Shown here piece by piece: positions 42,833 through 52,621 of a stretch of 64,000 nt of DNA. The translations under genes and the position numbers were made by a program. Position 1 is the first letter of the stretch. Each line of letters opens with the position of its first letter. The notes beneath the pieces were generated by a model that saw only the letters and a program-made list of their open reading frames with translations, searched no databases and was not told the origin of the DNA. Origin of the DNA: an uncultured delta proteobacterium (GTDB lineage Bacteria > Myxococcota_A > Polyangia > Fen-1088); assembly GCA_963767925.1 (NCBI GenBank), contig CAVYGB010000010.1, positions 576,001 to 640,000 of the forward strand, given 5' to 3'.

Positions 42833-44146
42833 ATGAGCTGGACGGAAAAAGACGCCAGGGCCCTGGCCGCCCTCATCTTCGCGGACTCCAAGGCGCCCGA
42901 GTGCGAGCTGTCGATGCAGCGCTGGCAATCCTCGTTCAGCCGCTTCGCCGCCAACGAGGTGACGACGGCCGGGTCGGTGCTCGACACCCGCCTGCAGATC
43001 ACCAGCCGGCGCGAGGGCAAGAGCGGCGACGCCGCCGTGAGCGACCTCAGCCCCGACAGCCTGCGGGCGGCGCTCCGCCTCAGCGAGCAACTCATGGAGC
43101 TGGCGCCCCCCGATCCGGAGTGGGTCGAGGGGCTCGAACCGCAGAAGTACCCCACCGTCGAGGGGTTCCACGGGCCCACCGCCTCGGCGGGCCCCGCCCA
43201 GCGCCTGCGGGGGGTGAAGACCGCCCTCGAGCTGGCCCGGACCGAGAAGCTGGAGGGCTCCGGCTTCTTCGAGAGCGGCGTGCAGTGGAGCGCCATCGCC
43301 AGCAAGAAGGGGAACTTCGCCTTTCACCGCAGCACGGAGGTCGGGTACTCCACCACCATGCGCACGCCCGACGGCACTGGCTCGGGGTGGGCGGGCGGCG
43401 AGGGCCCCCGGCTGTCGGACGTCGACCCGGCGGGGCTGGCCCGGCGCGCGGCCCACAAGGCCAAGGCCTCGGCCAGGCCCCGGTCCCTGCCGGCCGGCCG
43501 CTACACCGTCATCCTCGAGCCGCGGGCGGTGCAGGACCTGCTGGGCTCGCTGGCGGGCGCCCTGAGCGCCCGGCGGGCCGACGAGGGGCGCAGCTTCTTC
43601 TCCCGCCCGGGCGGGGGGAACCGCATCGGGGACAAGCTGTTCGCCGATGCCGTGACGATCCGGAGCGACCCCTTCTCCGCCAAGGTGCCGGGGCGGCCCT
43701 GGGCCGGCGAGGGGCTGCCCGCGCGGGCCACCACCTGGATCGAAAGCGGCGTGCTCAAGGCCCTCATCATGGGGCGTTACTGGGCGCGCAAGACCGAACG
43801 CGAGCCGGTGCCCTTCTCGGGCGGCCTGGTCATGGCGGGCGGCAGCGGCGGGGTGGAGGACCTGGTGGCAAAGTGCGAGCGCGGCCTGCTGGTCACGCGC
43901 TTCTGGTACATCCGCTCGGTCAACCCCCAGACCATCCAGCTCACCGGCCTGACCCGCGACGGGATCTGGCTGGTGGAGAAGGGCTCCATCGTCGCCCCGG
44001 TCAACAACCTGCGCTTCAACGAGAGCCCGGCCAACCTGCTGGTCAACATCGAGGCGCTCGGCGCCGCGGTCTCGACCGGCGACGCCGTGGTCCCCCCGAT
44101 CCTGGCCCGCGACTTCAACTTCTCGTCGGTCAGCGACGCCGTCTGA
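42833..44146 (+). CDS. tldE: TldE/PmbA-like subunit
   Basis: SRFAAN, GRYTVILEP, TGLTRDG, NLRFNESP; no HExxxH; follows tldD. Confidence 0.85.
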   Translation: MSWTEKDARALAALIFADSKAPECELSMQRWQSSFSRFAANEVTTAGSVLDTRLQITSRREGKSGDAAVSDLSPDSLRAALRLSEQLMELAPPDPEWVEGLEPQKYPTVEGFHGPTASAGPAQRLRGVKTALELARTEKLEGSGFFESGVQWSAIASKKGNFAFHRSTEVGYSTTMRTPDGTGSGWAGGEGPRLSDVDPAGLARRAAHKAKASARPRSLPAGRYTVILEPRAVQDLLGSLAGALSARRADEGRSFFSRPGGGNRIGDKLFADAVTIRSDPFSAKVPGRPWAGEGLPARATTWIESGVLKALIMGRYWARKTEREPVPFSGGLVMAGGSGGVEDLVAKCERGLLVTRFWYIRSVNPQTIQLTGLTRDGIWLVEKGSIVAPVNNLRFNESPANLLVNIEALGAAVSTGDAVVPPILARDFNFSSVSDAV

Positions 44147-44184
44147 CCCCCGTTGCGCCCCACCTCGCCACATCGCGCTTTCCC

Positions 44185-44238
44185 CCTGCCCGTTCGCCCT
44201 CGCCCCGCGGTAGCGGGGAGAGGGTCGGGGTGAGGGGG
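44185..44238 (+). repeat. REP-like palindromic element, copy D
   Basis: CCTGCCCGTTCGCCCTCGCCCCGCGGTAGCGGGGAGAGGGTCGGGGTGAGGGGG. Confidence 0.8.
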
Positions 44239-44243
44239 CTCCG

Positions 44244-45422
44244 GTGAGCGCCGAGCGACGCAACGTCCTCCTCCTGGCCGGCTGCCAGGCGCTGCTGCTG
44301 ACCAGCACGATCACCCTGCTGCCGATCGGGGCGCTGGCCGGGCAGCAGCTCGCCGCCAACAAGGCCCTCGCCACCCTGCCGACCACAACCGCCGTGATCG
44401 GGGCGGCGCTGGCGGCCTTCCCTGCCTCGCTGCTCATGCGGCGGGCCGGGCGGCGCCGCGGCTTTCTCACCGGGGTGGCCTTCGGCCTGGTCGGCGCGCT
44501 GGTGGCGGCGTTCGCCATCTTCACCGGGCGCTTCTGGCTGCTCTGCCTGGGGACCCTGCTGGCGGGCGTGTACAACGCCTTCGGGCAATATTACCGCTTC
44601 GCCGCCGCCGACGCCGCGCCCCCCGCCGGCCGGGCCCGGGCCATCTCCTACGTGCTGGCGGGCGGGCTGCTCGGCGGGGTCGTCGGGCCCGAGCTCAGCA
44701 AGATCACCATCGACCTCGCGCAGCCGCGCTTTCTCGTCTCGTACCTGTCGCTGGTGGTCTTCGGCCTGCTCGCCGCCGCCCTCATCAGCCGCCTGCGCAT
44801 CCCCGAGCCCCCCCTCGAGGAGGCCCAGGGAGCGGTCCGCCCGCTGCGCCAGATCGCCGCCCAGCCGGTGTTCGTCGTGGCGGCGCTGTCGGCGGCGCTC
44901 GGCTACGCGGTGATGAACCTGCTGATGACCGCCACCCCGCTGGCGATGGGTTTCTGCGGGCACGGCTACCCGGCGGCGGCCAGCGTGATCGCCGCCCACG
45001 TGGTGGCCATGTTCGCCCCCTCCTTCGTGACCGGGGGGCTGATCCAGCGCTTCGGCGTGCTCTCGGTGATCCTGGCCGGCGTGGCCCTCATGGTGGCCTG
45101 CGTGCTGGTGGCCCTCTCGGGCCAGCAGCTCGGCCACTTCTGGGGGGCGCTGATCCTGCTGGGGCTGGGCTGGAACTTCATGTACGTGGGGGGCAGCACG
45201 CTGCTGGGCGAGGCCCACCGCCCCGCCGAGAAGGCCAAGGTCCAGGGCCTCAACGAGATCCTCGTGTTCGGCGCGGTGACCGTCTCGTCCTTCTCCTCGG
45301 GGCTCCTCATCAACAGCCTGGGCTGGACCCTGCTGAACTACGCCGCCTTGCCCCTGCTCCTCCTGGCCGCCCTCGCCGCCGCCTGGCTGCGGATCAAGGG
45401 CCGCCCGGCCGCCCCTGCCTAG
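44244..45422 (+). CDS. MFS transporter (RfnT-like)
   Basis: About 12 TM segments; GRRRGF, YRFAAAD, MTATPLAM, GWNF. Confidence 0.85.
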   Translation: MSAERRNVLLLAGCQALLLTSTITLLPIGALAGQQLAANKALATLPTTTAVIGAALAAFPASLLMRRAGRRRGFLTGVAFGLVGALVAAFAIFTGRFWLLCLGTLLAGVYNAFGQYYRFAAADAAPPAGRARAISYVLAGGLLGGVVGPELSKITIDLAQPRFLVSYLSLVVFGLLAAALISRLRIPEPPLEEAQGAVRPLRQIAAQPVFVVAALSAALGYAVMNLLMTATPLAMGFCGHGYPAAASVIAAHVVAMFAPSFVTGGLIQRFGVLSVILAGVALMVACVLVALSGQQLGHFWGALILLGLGWNFMYVGGSTLLGEAHRPAEKAKVQGLNEILVFGAVTVSSFSSGLLINSLGWTLLNYAALPLLLLAALAAAWLRIKGRPAAPA

Positions 45423-46669
45423 ATCACCGTGCCGTCGGGCACGACGCCGTCCTTGGGGACGATCACGATCCCCTCCCGGATGTAGTAGTGGGCGGCGTCG
45501 CGCTCGCGCACCCGGGCCTCGTTGACGATGCGAACGTTGCGGCCGATGCGGGCGTCCTTGTCGATGATGGCACCCTCGATGATGCTGCCCGAGCCGATGC
45601 CGATGGGGGGCTCACCCGCCGGCAGGCCCCTCATCTGGGCCATGCTCTCGTATTCATCGGCCCCCAGGATCAGGCTGCGCCGGATGCGCACCCCCTCCCC
45701 GATGCGGCTGCGGATGCCGATCACCGAGCTCTCGATCTCGGCCCCCTCGATGAAACAGCCGTCGGCGATGAGGGCCTCGCGCACCTTGAAGGAGCGGGCC
45801 TTGGTGGGAGCCAGGAACCGGGGATGGGTGAAGATGGGACAGCGGGGGTGGTAAAACGAGAAGGCCGGCTCGGGCGTCGTGAGGGCGATGTTGGCGTCGT
45901 AATACGACCGGATGCTGCCGACGTCCTCCCAGTAGCCCTCGAAGACGTAGGCCTGCACGCGCAGCCGCGAAAGCATGGCCGGGATGAGGTGCCGCCCGAA
46001 GTCGATGTTCTTCTCGTTCGAGAGGGCCTCGCGCAGGGCCCGCCGGTTGAAGATGTAGATCCCCATCGAGGCCAGGTAGCCGGGCTCGCGGCCCGGCAGG
46101 GGGGAGACCAGGTCGGGCAGCCGCTCGGCCCCCGGCTTCTCCTCGAAGTGCACGATGCGCCCGTCGGCCGCCATCTTCATGATGCCGAACCCGGCGGTCT
46201 GCTCGGCGGGGACCGCCTTGATGGCCACGGTGGCGTCGGCCTTGCTCTCGCGGTGGACCCGCATCATCTCCCGGAAGTCCATGCGGTAGAGCTGGTCGCC
46301 GCCGAGGATGAGCAGCTCGTCGCAGGCCTCGCGATCCAGGTGGCGCGCCACCTGGCGGACGGCGTCGGCGGTCCCCTGGAACCACTCGCTGCTGTGTTCG
46401 GTCTGCTCGGCGGCCAGCACCTCGACGAAACCCGACGAGAACATGTCGAACTTGTAAGTGTCGCCGATGTGGCTATTGAGGCTCTCCGACTGGTACTGGG
46501 TCAGCACGAAGATGCGCCGGACGTCGGCGTGCAGGCAGTTGCTGACCGCCACGTCGATCAAGCGGTAGGTGCCGCCGATGGGCACCGCCGGCTTGGACCG
46601 GTGCTGGGTCAGCGGGAACAATCGGGTGCCCTTGCCTCCACCGAGAATGACCGCGACGACGTCTTCCAT
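45419..46669 (-). CDS. glgC: Glucose-1-phosphate adenylyltransferase
   Basis: ILGGGKGTRLFPLT..RSKPAVP, WFQGTADAV, FEEKP, ASMGIY, YWEDVG. Confidence 0.95.
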   Translation of the reverse strand: MEDVVAVILGGGKGTRLFPLTQHRSKPAVPIGGTYRLIDVAVSNCLHADVRRIFVLTQYQSESLNSHIGDTYKFDMFSSGFVEVLAAEQTEHSSEWFQGTADAVRQVARHLDREACDELLILGGDQLYRMDFREMMRVHRESKADATVAIKAVPAEQTAGFGIMKMAADGRIVHFEEKPGAERLPDLVSPLPGREPGYLASMGIYIFNRRALREALSNEKNIDFGRHLIPAMLSRLRVQAYVFEGYWEDVGSIRSYYDANIALTTPEPAFSFYHPRCPIFTHPRFLAPTKARSFKVREALIADGCFIEGAEIESSVIGIRSRIGEGVRIRRSLILGADEYESMAQMRGLPAGEPPIGIGSGSIIEGAIIDKDARIGRNVRIVNEARVRERDAAHYYIREGIVIVPKDGVVPDGTVI

Positions 46670-46786
46670 GGCTCGTGCTCCCGGTTTCAATATGGGGAGC
46701 AATACCACGCCGACAAGCCGCCTCGACAGCGGGCCCGCGCCGCCGGTAAAGTCTGCACCGCGCGCGCCAGGGGGAGACACCAGACC

Positions 46787-47872
46787 ATGAACCGCACTCG
46801 ACCGATGGCTCGTTGCTTGCTCGGGATCGCCCTCGCCACCGTCGGGGCCTGTCAAGACGCGCCCGACGGCACCGGCGCGCCACCCCCGCTCGACGCGGCC
46901 GGCGGGGCCGCCGGGAGGGGTGCGGCCGGCGGCGGATCCGCGGGGCGCGGCGGCAGCGCGGGTGGCAGCAGTGGCAGCGCCGGTCCCGGCGGGACCGCGG
47001 GCGCCGCGGCGGGGGCGGGCGGCTCGCCCTCACCCCCCGGCCCACCCCCGGCGGCGTCCGACGCCGGCCGCGGCGATGGCGCCAGCCCCGCCGGCGATGG
47101 CGCGGCCTCCGGCCAGCCCGCGGCCGGGGTGGAGAGCCCCCTGTGCGCGACCGGCGCACCCCTGCCCGCACCCGTCGGGATGCAGACCATCCAGGCCACC
47201 GGCAAGAGCCGCCGCTTCATCGTGCGCGTGCCCCCCGGCTACGACGGCAAACGTCCCTTCCCGGTGCTGTTCTCCTTCCACGGCGCCGGCGGGGGCGCCG
47301 CCGGGTTCGAGAGCGGCGCCTTCGGCGGGGTCAGCCGCATGGCCGGTGACCGGGCCATCCGCGTCTATCCCGACGCGCTCGCGGGGACCTGGGCGCGCGA
47401 CGAGAGCGACGACGTCCTGTTCTTCGACGCCATCCTGGCCTGGATGAAGGAGAAGCTCTGCTTCGACGGGGGCCACCTCTTCACCGCCGGGCAGAGCTCG
47501 GGCGCCTACTTCTCCCACCGCCTCGCCTGTGACCGGGGCCCGATCCTGCGCGCGGTGGCCACCAGCTCGGGCGGCCAGCGCCGCGAGCGTCCCCTGGGGC
47601 CCTGCCAGGCCCCGGCGGCGGTCTGGCTGTCGAACGGGGCCAGCGACAACCCCGGCCACGTCATGGGCACCCAGTGGGCCCGCGACGAGTGGCTCGAGAC
47701 CAACGGGTGCGCCCCCGGCGCCCCCGTGCCCGTCGCCCCCGCCCCCTGCGTCCGTTACCCCGGCTGCCCCGCGGCCTACCCGGTCCACTACTGCCAGCAC
47801 CCCGGCGGGCATCCCCTGCCCGGCTACGCCGCCGGCGGCATCACCGGCTTCCTGTTCGCCCCGGGCCTGTGA
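46787..47872 (+). CDS. Alpha/beta-hydrolase lipoprotein (LpqC/PHB-depolymerase-like esterase) with Gly-rich linker
   Basis: VGA-C lipobox; FSFHGAG, GQSSG nucleophile elbow, HPGGH. Confidence 0.8.
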   Translation: MNRTRPMARCLLGIALATVGACQDAPDGTGAPPPLDAAGGAAGRGAAGGGSAGRGGSAGGSSGSAGPGGTAGAAAGAGGSPSPPGPPPAASDAGRGDGASPAGDGAASGQPAAGVESPLCATGAPLPAPVGMQTIQATGKSRRFIVRVPPGYDGKRPFPVLFSFHGAGGGAAGFESGAFGGVSRMAGDRAIRVYPDALAGTWARDESDDVLFFDAILAWMKEKLCFDGGHLFTAGQSSGAYFSHRLACDRGPILRAVATSSGGQRRERPLGPCQAPAAVWLSNGASDNPGHVMGTQWARDEWLETNGCAPGAPVPVAPAPCVRYPGCPAAYPVHYCQHPGGHPLPGYAAGGITGFLFAPGL

Positions 47873-47928
47873 CCGGCCTCCCCGCGAGCGGGGCTTGCGT
47901 GGCAGCGGGGCTCTGGCAGCATGCCGGC

Positions 47929-49062
47929 ATGCGCGCGATGGCTGGACCTGCAAGGTTGTCCGGGGCCCCTCTCCTGCTGCTGCTGGCGCTGGGCTGTGCC
48001 CACGGCGCCGCCTCGGCGGCCCACGATCCCGAGGAGGCCAACCGCTGGCGGCGGTCGGTCCCGGTGCTCGACATGCACGGGCACATCGACCCGGACCAGG
48101 TGGAAAAGACGCTGGCCGCGATGGACGCCAGCGGCATCTCCCGCATGGTCAACCTGACCAGCGGCCGCACCCCGCCGCAGTTCGCCGCCGCCAAGCAGAA
48201 GTTCGACGAGAAGGGCCAGGGGCGGTTCGTGCTCTACGCCAACGACGTCTACGCCGCCTTCCCCATCGAGGACCCCGCCTACGCCCGCAAGGTGACCGCC
48301 AACCTCGAGGAGCTGGTCCGCCTGGGGGCCCGGGGCCTCAAGATCTCCAAGACCCTGGGCCTCTACTGGAAGGACGCCGCCGGCAAGATCATCGCCATCG
48401 ACGACCCCCGCCTGCAGCCGATGTGGGAGACCTGCGCCCGCCTCGACCTGCCGGTCTCGATCCACAGCGGCGACCCCAAAGCCTTCTGGCTCCCGGTGGA
48501 CAAGAACAACGAGCGCTATGACGAGCTCGGCGAGCACCCCGACTGGGCCTTCGGCGGGGGCAAGTACCCCTCCCGCGAGGAGGTGCTCCGCCAGCTCGAG
48601 CAGGTGTTGGCGCGCAACCCCCAGGTGACCTTCGTGGGGGTGCACTTCGGCAACGACCCGGAAGACGTCGATCACGTGGCCAGCCTGATCCGGAAGTATC
48701 CCAACTACAACGCCGACATCGCCGCTCGCATCCCCGAGATCGGCCGGCAGCCCCCGGAGAAGCTGCGCAAGCTGTTCATCGAGCTCCAGGACCGCATCCT
48801 GTTCGGCAGCGACTTCATGGTGTTCGCCGACGGCTACATCCTGGGGGCGGGGCCGGTGATCAAGTCGGAGGCCGAGGTGAAGACCTTCTTCGACCGGCAC
48901 TGGCAGTTCCTCGAGACCGACGCCCGTCAGATGGAGCACCCCACCCCGATCCAGGGCCGCTGGAAGATCGACGCCATCGGGCTGCCCCGGGACGTGCTGG
49001 AGAAGATCTACTTTCGCAACGCCGACCGCCTGGTGGTCAACCGGCAGCGGCCGCAGAGCTGA
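47929..49062 (+). CDS. Amidohydrolase_2 family lipoprotein
   Basis: LALG-C; DMHGH, GLK, SIHSGDP, VHFG, LFGSD. Confidence 0.87.
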   Translation: MRAMAGPARLSGAPLLLLLALGCAHGAASAAHDPEEANRWRRSVPVLDMHGHIDPDQVEKTLAAMDASGISRMVNLTSGRTPPQFAAAKQKFDEKGQGRFVLYANDVYAAFPIEDPAYARKVTANLEELVRLGARGLKISKTLGLYWKDAAGKIIAIDDPRLQPMWETCARLDLPVSIHSGDPKAFWLPVDKNNERYDELGEHPDWAFGGGKYPSREEVLRQLEQVLARNPQVTFVGVHFGNDPEDVDHVASLIRKYPNYNADIAARIPEIGRQPPEKLRKLFIELQDRILFGSDFMVFADGYILGAGPVIKSEAEVKTFFDRHWQFLETDARQMEHPTPIQGRWKIDAIGLPRDVLEKIYFRNADRLVVNRQRPQS

Positions 49063-49109
49063 GCCGCGCGGCGGCTTGTCAGGAGGGCCGGCACCACCCA
49101 CAATGGGCC

Positions 49110-49457
49110 GTGCCTCTTCGTCCGGAGCTGCAGACGATCCTCGACGCCTTGCTGGCGGCCCACCCCGACGGCCTCACGCTCGACGACCTGAGCGACGTGA
49201 CCTGGAACAAGCCCCTCTCCTACGCCGACATCGACGAGCTGATCGGCGCCCTGGAGGAGGCGGGGGTCGACCTCGACAAGTCCGAGCCCCAGCCGCCCCC
49301 CGAGGAGCTGATGAAGGTGCTGGCCGCCGCCCGGGCCCTCACCCGGGAGACCGGCAAGCGCCCCACCGTCGACGAGATCGCCACCCGGGCCGGCCTGACC
49401 GCGCCGACCGTGCTGCGCGCCCTGCGCCTGGGCCGCGCCCTGGGCGCCCCCCGCTGA
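49110..49457 (+). CDS. Small hypothetical protein resembling sigma70 region 1.1 plus region 3 HTH
   Basis: GLTLDDLSD...SYADIDELIGALEEAGVDL and RALTRETGKRPTVDEIATRAGLTAPTV; typical GC3 codon bias. Confidence 0.65.
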   Translation: MPLRPELQTILDALLAAHPDGLTLDDLSDVTWNKPLSYADIDELIGALEEAGVDLDKSEPQPPPEELMKVLAAARALTRETGKRPTVDEIATRAGLTAPTVLRALRLGRALGAPR

Positions 49458-49473
49458 GGGCAGGCACCCTCCG

Positions 49474-49496
49474 GGGAGAGGGCTCGGGGGAGGGGG
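49474..49496 (+). repeat. Partial REP-like element, copy E
   Basis: GGGGAGAGGGCTCGGGGAGGGGG matches the 3' half of copies C and D. Confidence 0.45.
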
Positions 49497-49527
49497 CGCA
49501 GTCCGCTGCGCCCTCTTCCCCGACTTC

Positions 49528-50505
49528 TTACTGCTTGACCCAGTAGCGGACGTTGCGCCAGCGGGTCTCGGAGCGGCTGTTGGTGCCGTAGACCCCGTTC
49601 TTGAAGTGCCACATGCTGCCGCCCTTGTCGGGGAAGCTGCGGGACTCGACGTCGTCGATGTAGACGGTGATCCGGCCGGCGTCGGTGTCGTGGAGGACCT
49701 TGAGGTTGAACCACTTGCCGAAGGCGTCGCTCATGATGAGCGGGCCGTTGCCGGTGCCGAAGTAGTAGCGCAGCGTCTTGTCCGGCCAGGCGGTCAACAT
49801 GAAAGACGTCGGGCTGGGCGTGGTCTGGAAGACCTGCATGATGCAGGTGCGGTTGGCCTCCGCCACGAACACGTCGGCGTCGAACATGTGCTTGCCGGTC
49901 CGGTATTCGGTGGTCCAGCGCATCTCCGTGCGCGGGTCGGTGCCGTTGCCCGGCTGGAACGACGAATCGTTCTCCAGGTTGAACATCGTGTGGGTGTTGG
50001 TTTCCTTGTCGCAGGTGTAACGGGCCGCCAGCGGCTGCGTGTGCGGGCTCTGCAGGCGGAACTCGAACCGGGTCTGGGTGTACCCGGCCGTCAGGGGGCT
50101 ATTGCCGGGAGGGGCCAGGCCGCCGGTGCAGGCGCCCTCGGCCGCCGCGCCGCCGCCATCCACCCCGCCGCCGTCGCCCCTGGGACCGCCGTCGGCCCGA
50201 CCCGCGTCGGCCCGGGCCGCCGTGTCGGCCGCACGTCCGTCGACCGGCCGGGCGCCGCCCGACCCGCCGGTCCCGCCCGTCCCGGCGCTGCCGCCAGAGC
50301 CGCCGCGGCCCGCGCTGCCGCCGGTCCCGGCGCTGCCGCCCGTGCCCCCGGTGCCGCCCCCGCCGGGCTCGTCGCCGCAGCCGATGAGGAGCGCGGAGAC
50401 CGCCACCAGGGCGATCCCGGGCAGGCCATATCCGGTGCGGGCGGGGAGAACGGAGGCCTCGCGGGGCAGGGCCGGCGAGGCGGAGCGGGAAGCGTGGTGG
50501 AGCAT
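49528..50505 (-). CDS. PL7-like polysaccharide lyase lipoprotein with Gly-rich linker
   Basis: LIG-C lipobox; PRTEMR, IMQVF, HFKNGVYG correspond to the three PL7 conserved regions. Confidence 0.75.
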   Translation of the reverse strand: MLHHASRSASPALPREASVLPARTGYGLPGIALVAVSALLIGCGDEPGGGGTGGTGGSAGTGGSAGRGGSGGSAGTGGTGGSGGARPVDGRAADTAARADAGRADGGPRGDGGGVDGGGAAAEGACTGGLAPPGNSPLTAGYTQTRFEFRLQSPHTQPLAARYTCDKETNTHTMFNLENDSSFQPGNGTDPRTEMRWTTEYRTGKHMFDADVFVAEANRTCIMQVFQTTPSPTSFMLTAWPDKTLRYYFGTGNGPLIMSDAFGKWFNLKVLHDTDAGRITVYIDDVESRSFPDKGGSMWHFKNGVYGTNSRSETRWRNVRYWVKQ

Positions 50506-50606
50506 GTTGGATTCAAAGTGACCTAGGAGCCCCCAACGTCACCGATTTTCGTACATCCTGTCGCTCCGGAACGGCGCGCCGAAGCCGGGTATAATCTCGC
50601 ATCATC

Positions 50607-51626
50607 ATGCCAACCAAGACCCTGGTGACCCTCATCCGCGGCGACGGCATCGGGCCGGAGGTCGTCGATGCGGCCGTCCAGGCCGTCGAGGCCACCGGCG
50701 CCGAGATCGCCTGGGATCCCCAGGAGGCCGGCGCCGGGGCCATCCCCAAGGCCGGCTCCCCCCTGCCCGAGGCCACCCTGGCCTCGATCCGGAGCACCCG
50801 CCTGTGCCTCAAGGGCCCGCTGGCCACCCCGGTCGGCGGCGGCTACCGAAGCGTCAACGTCGCCCTCCGGCAGGAGTTCGACCTCTACGCCAACCTGCGC
50901 CCCGCCCGGACCTACGAGGGCCTGGCCAACCGCTACCAGGACGTCGACCTAATCGTCGTCCGCGAGAACACCCAGGGCGAATACTCCGGCATCGAGCACT
51001 ACATCGACCCCACCCGCAACGCCGCCGAGGCCATCTCGATCATCACCCGGCACGGCTGCGACCGCATCGTGCGCTTCGCCTTCGAGCACGCCCGCGCCAC
51101 CGGGCGCAAGCTGGTCACCCTCGTCCACAAGGCCAACATCCTCAAGATGACCTCCGGCCTCTTCCTCGACACCGGGCGGGAGATCGCCCGCAGCTACCCC
51201 GACATCCAGTGCAACGACCTCATCGTCGACAACTGCGCCATGCAGATGGTGCGCGACCCCTCCCGCTTCGATGTGATAGTCACGACCAACCTGTTCGGCG
51301 ACATCCTCTCGGACCTGGCGGCCGGCCTGGTGGGCGGCCTGGGCCTCGTCACCGGCGGCAACATCGGCGAGCACGCCGCCATCTTCGAGGCGGTCCACGG
51401 CACCGCGCCCGACATCGCCGGCAAGGGGGTGGCCAACCCCACCGCGGTCATGCTGGCGGGGGCCATGTTGCTCGACCGGCTGGGCCAGCGCGAGCGAGGC
51501 CTCCGGCTCGAGGGCGCCATCCGCAAGGTCGTGTCGCAGGGCAAGGACCTCACCCCGGATCTCGGCGGGCAGGGCACCACCCGCGCCTTCACCGAGCGGG
51601 TGATCGGCACGCTTCGCAACGGCTGA
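50607..51626 (+). CDS. Isocitrate/isopropylmalate dehydrogenase family protein, probably NAD-dependent IDH
   Basis: [52 protein letters not shown]. Confidence 0.9.
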   Translation: MPTKTLVTLIRGDGIGPEVVDAAVQAVEATGAEIAWDPQEAGAGAIPKAGSPLPEATLASIRSTRLCLKGPLATPVGGGYRSVNVALRQEFDLYANLRPARTYEGLANRYQDVDLIVVRENTQGEYSGIEHYIDPTRNAAEAISIITRHGCDRIVRFAFEHARATGRKLVTLVHKANILKMTSGLFLDTGREIARSYPDIQCNDLIVDNCAMQMVRDPSRFDVIVTTNLFGDILSDLAAGLVGGLGLVTGGNIGEHAAIFEAVHGTAPDIAGKGVANPTAVMLAGAMLLDRLGQRERGLRLEGAIRKVVSQGKDLTPDLGGQGTTRAFTERVIGTLRNG

Positions 51627-51701
51627 CCGCGCCCGCGCCTTCGGGCGGCCGTCCGGGAATCCGATCGAGAAACTGGCGCTGCCGGCAGTGGCCGGGCTAA
51701 G

Positions 51702-51717
51702 CTGAACATAGGTTCAG
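51702..51717. promoter_or_regulatory. Putative LexA (SOS) box, myxobacterial type
   Basis: Perfect CTGAAC-ATAG-GTTCAG overlapping a TAAGCT -10 (51698-51703); compare M. xanthus consensus CTRHAMRYBYGTTCAGS. Confidence 0.7.
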
Positions 51718-51729
51718 TCAGCCCGCCCG

Positions 51730-52554
51730 ATGTCTCCCCGTGACCCCGACATGTTGCGGGCCACCTTCCAGCTCGTCCCCGGGCTGGGGCCGGCCCGGGA
51801 GCGCCGCCTCTGGCAGGCGGGCGTCGTCGACTGGGCGCAGGTCGAGGCGGCCGCCCCGCCCCTGCTGTCCCCCGCGCTGCGCCCCCGGCTGCGGACCGCC
51901 GTCGCCGAGGTGGAGGCCGCGCTGGCGAGCGAAGATCTCGCCAGCCTCGGCGCCGCCCTGCCCTCTGGGGAGCACTGGCGGCTATACGGCGCGTTCGCCC
52001 ACCGGGCGGTCTACCTGGACATCGAGACCGACGTCGAGGCGGGAGTCACCGCGGTGGGGCTGCTCGACGAGGATGGCCCCCGCGTCCTGCTCGCCGGCCG
52101 GGACCTGGCGGCGCTGCCCGAGGCCATCCCCCGCTCCTGCCTGCTCGTCACCTTCAACGGTGCCTGCTTCGATCTGCCCAACCTGGAGCGGGCCTTCCCA
52201 GGCTGGCAGCGGCCCCCGGCCCACGTCGACCTGCGCCCGGCCCTGGGCCGGCTGGGCCACCATGGCGGGCTCAAGTCGATCGAGCGGGCGACGGGCGTGG
52301 GCCGCCCCCTGCACCTGCAGGGGCTGGACGGCCAGGTCGTGAGCTGGATGTGGCGGCACGGCCAGCGCGGCAACGGCAAGGCCCTGCGCCTCTTCGTCGA
52401 ATACAACCTCTACGACACGGTCAACCTGCGCCCGCTGATGGCGATGGCCTACAACCGCCTGGCCGCCGCCACCGGCCTGCCCTGCCGCCCCCTGCCGGTG
52501 CACGAACGCGGCGACGTCCTCTACGACATCTCCAAGCTGCTCCTCGCCCTGTGA
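51730..52554 (+). CDS. RNase H-like (RNase_H_2/YprB-like) DEDD exonuclease
   Basis: N-terminal HhH-like [42 protein letters not shown]. Confidence 0.85.
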   Translation: MSPRDPDMLRATFQLVPGLGPARERRLWQAGVVDWAQVEAAAPPLLSPALRPRLRTAVAEVEAALASEDLASLGAALPSGEHWRLYGAFAHRAVYLDIETDVEAGVTAVGLLDEDGPRVLLAGRDLAALPEAIPRSCLLVTFNGACFDLPNLERAFPGWQRPPAHVDLRPALGRLGHHGGLKSIERATGVGRPLHLQGLDGQVVSWMWRHGQRGNGKALRLFVEYNLYDTVNLRPLMAMAYNRLAAATGLPCRPLPVHERGDVLYDISKLLLAL

Positions 52555-52621
52555 GCCCGCCGGCCGGGAGACCTGTTGCAGAAGGTGGCCGGGTCCCCGC
52601 TGCGTTCGAACCCCGGCTCGG

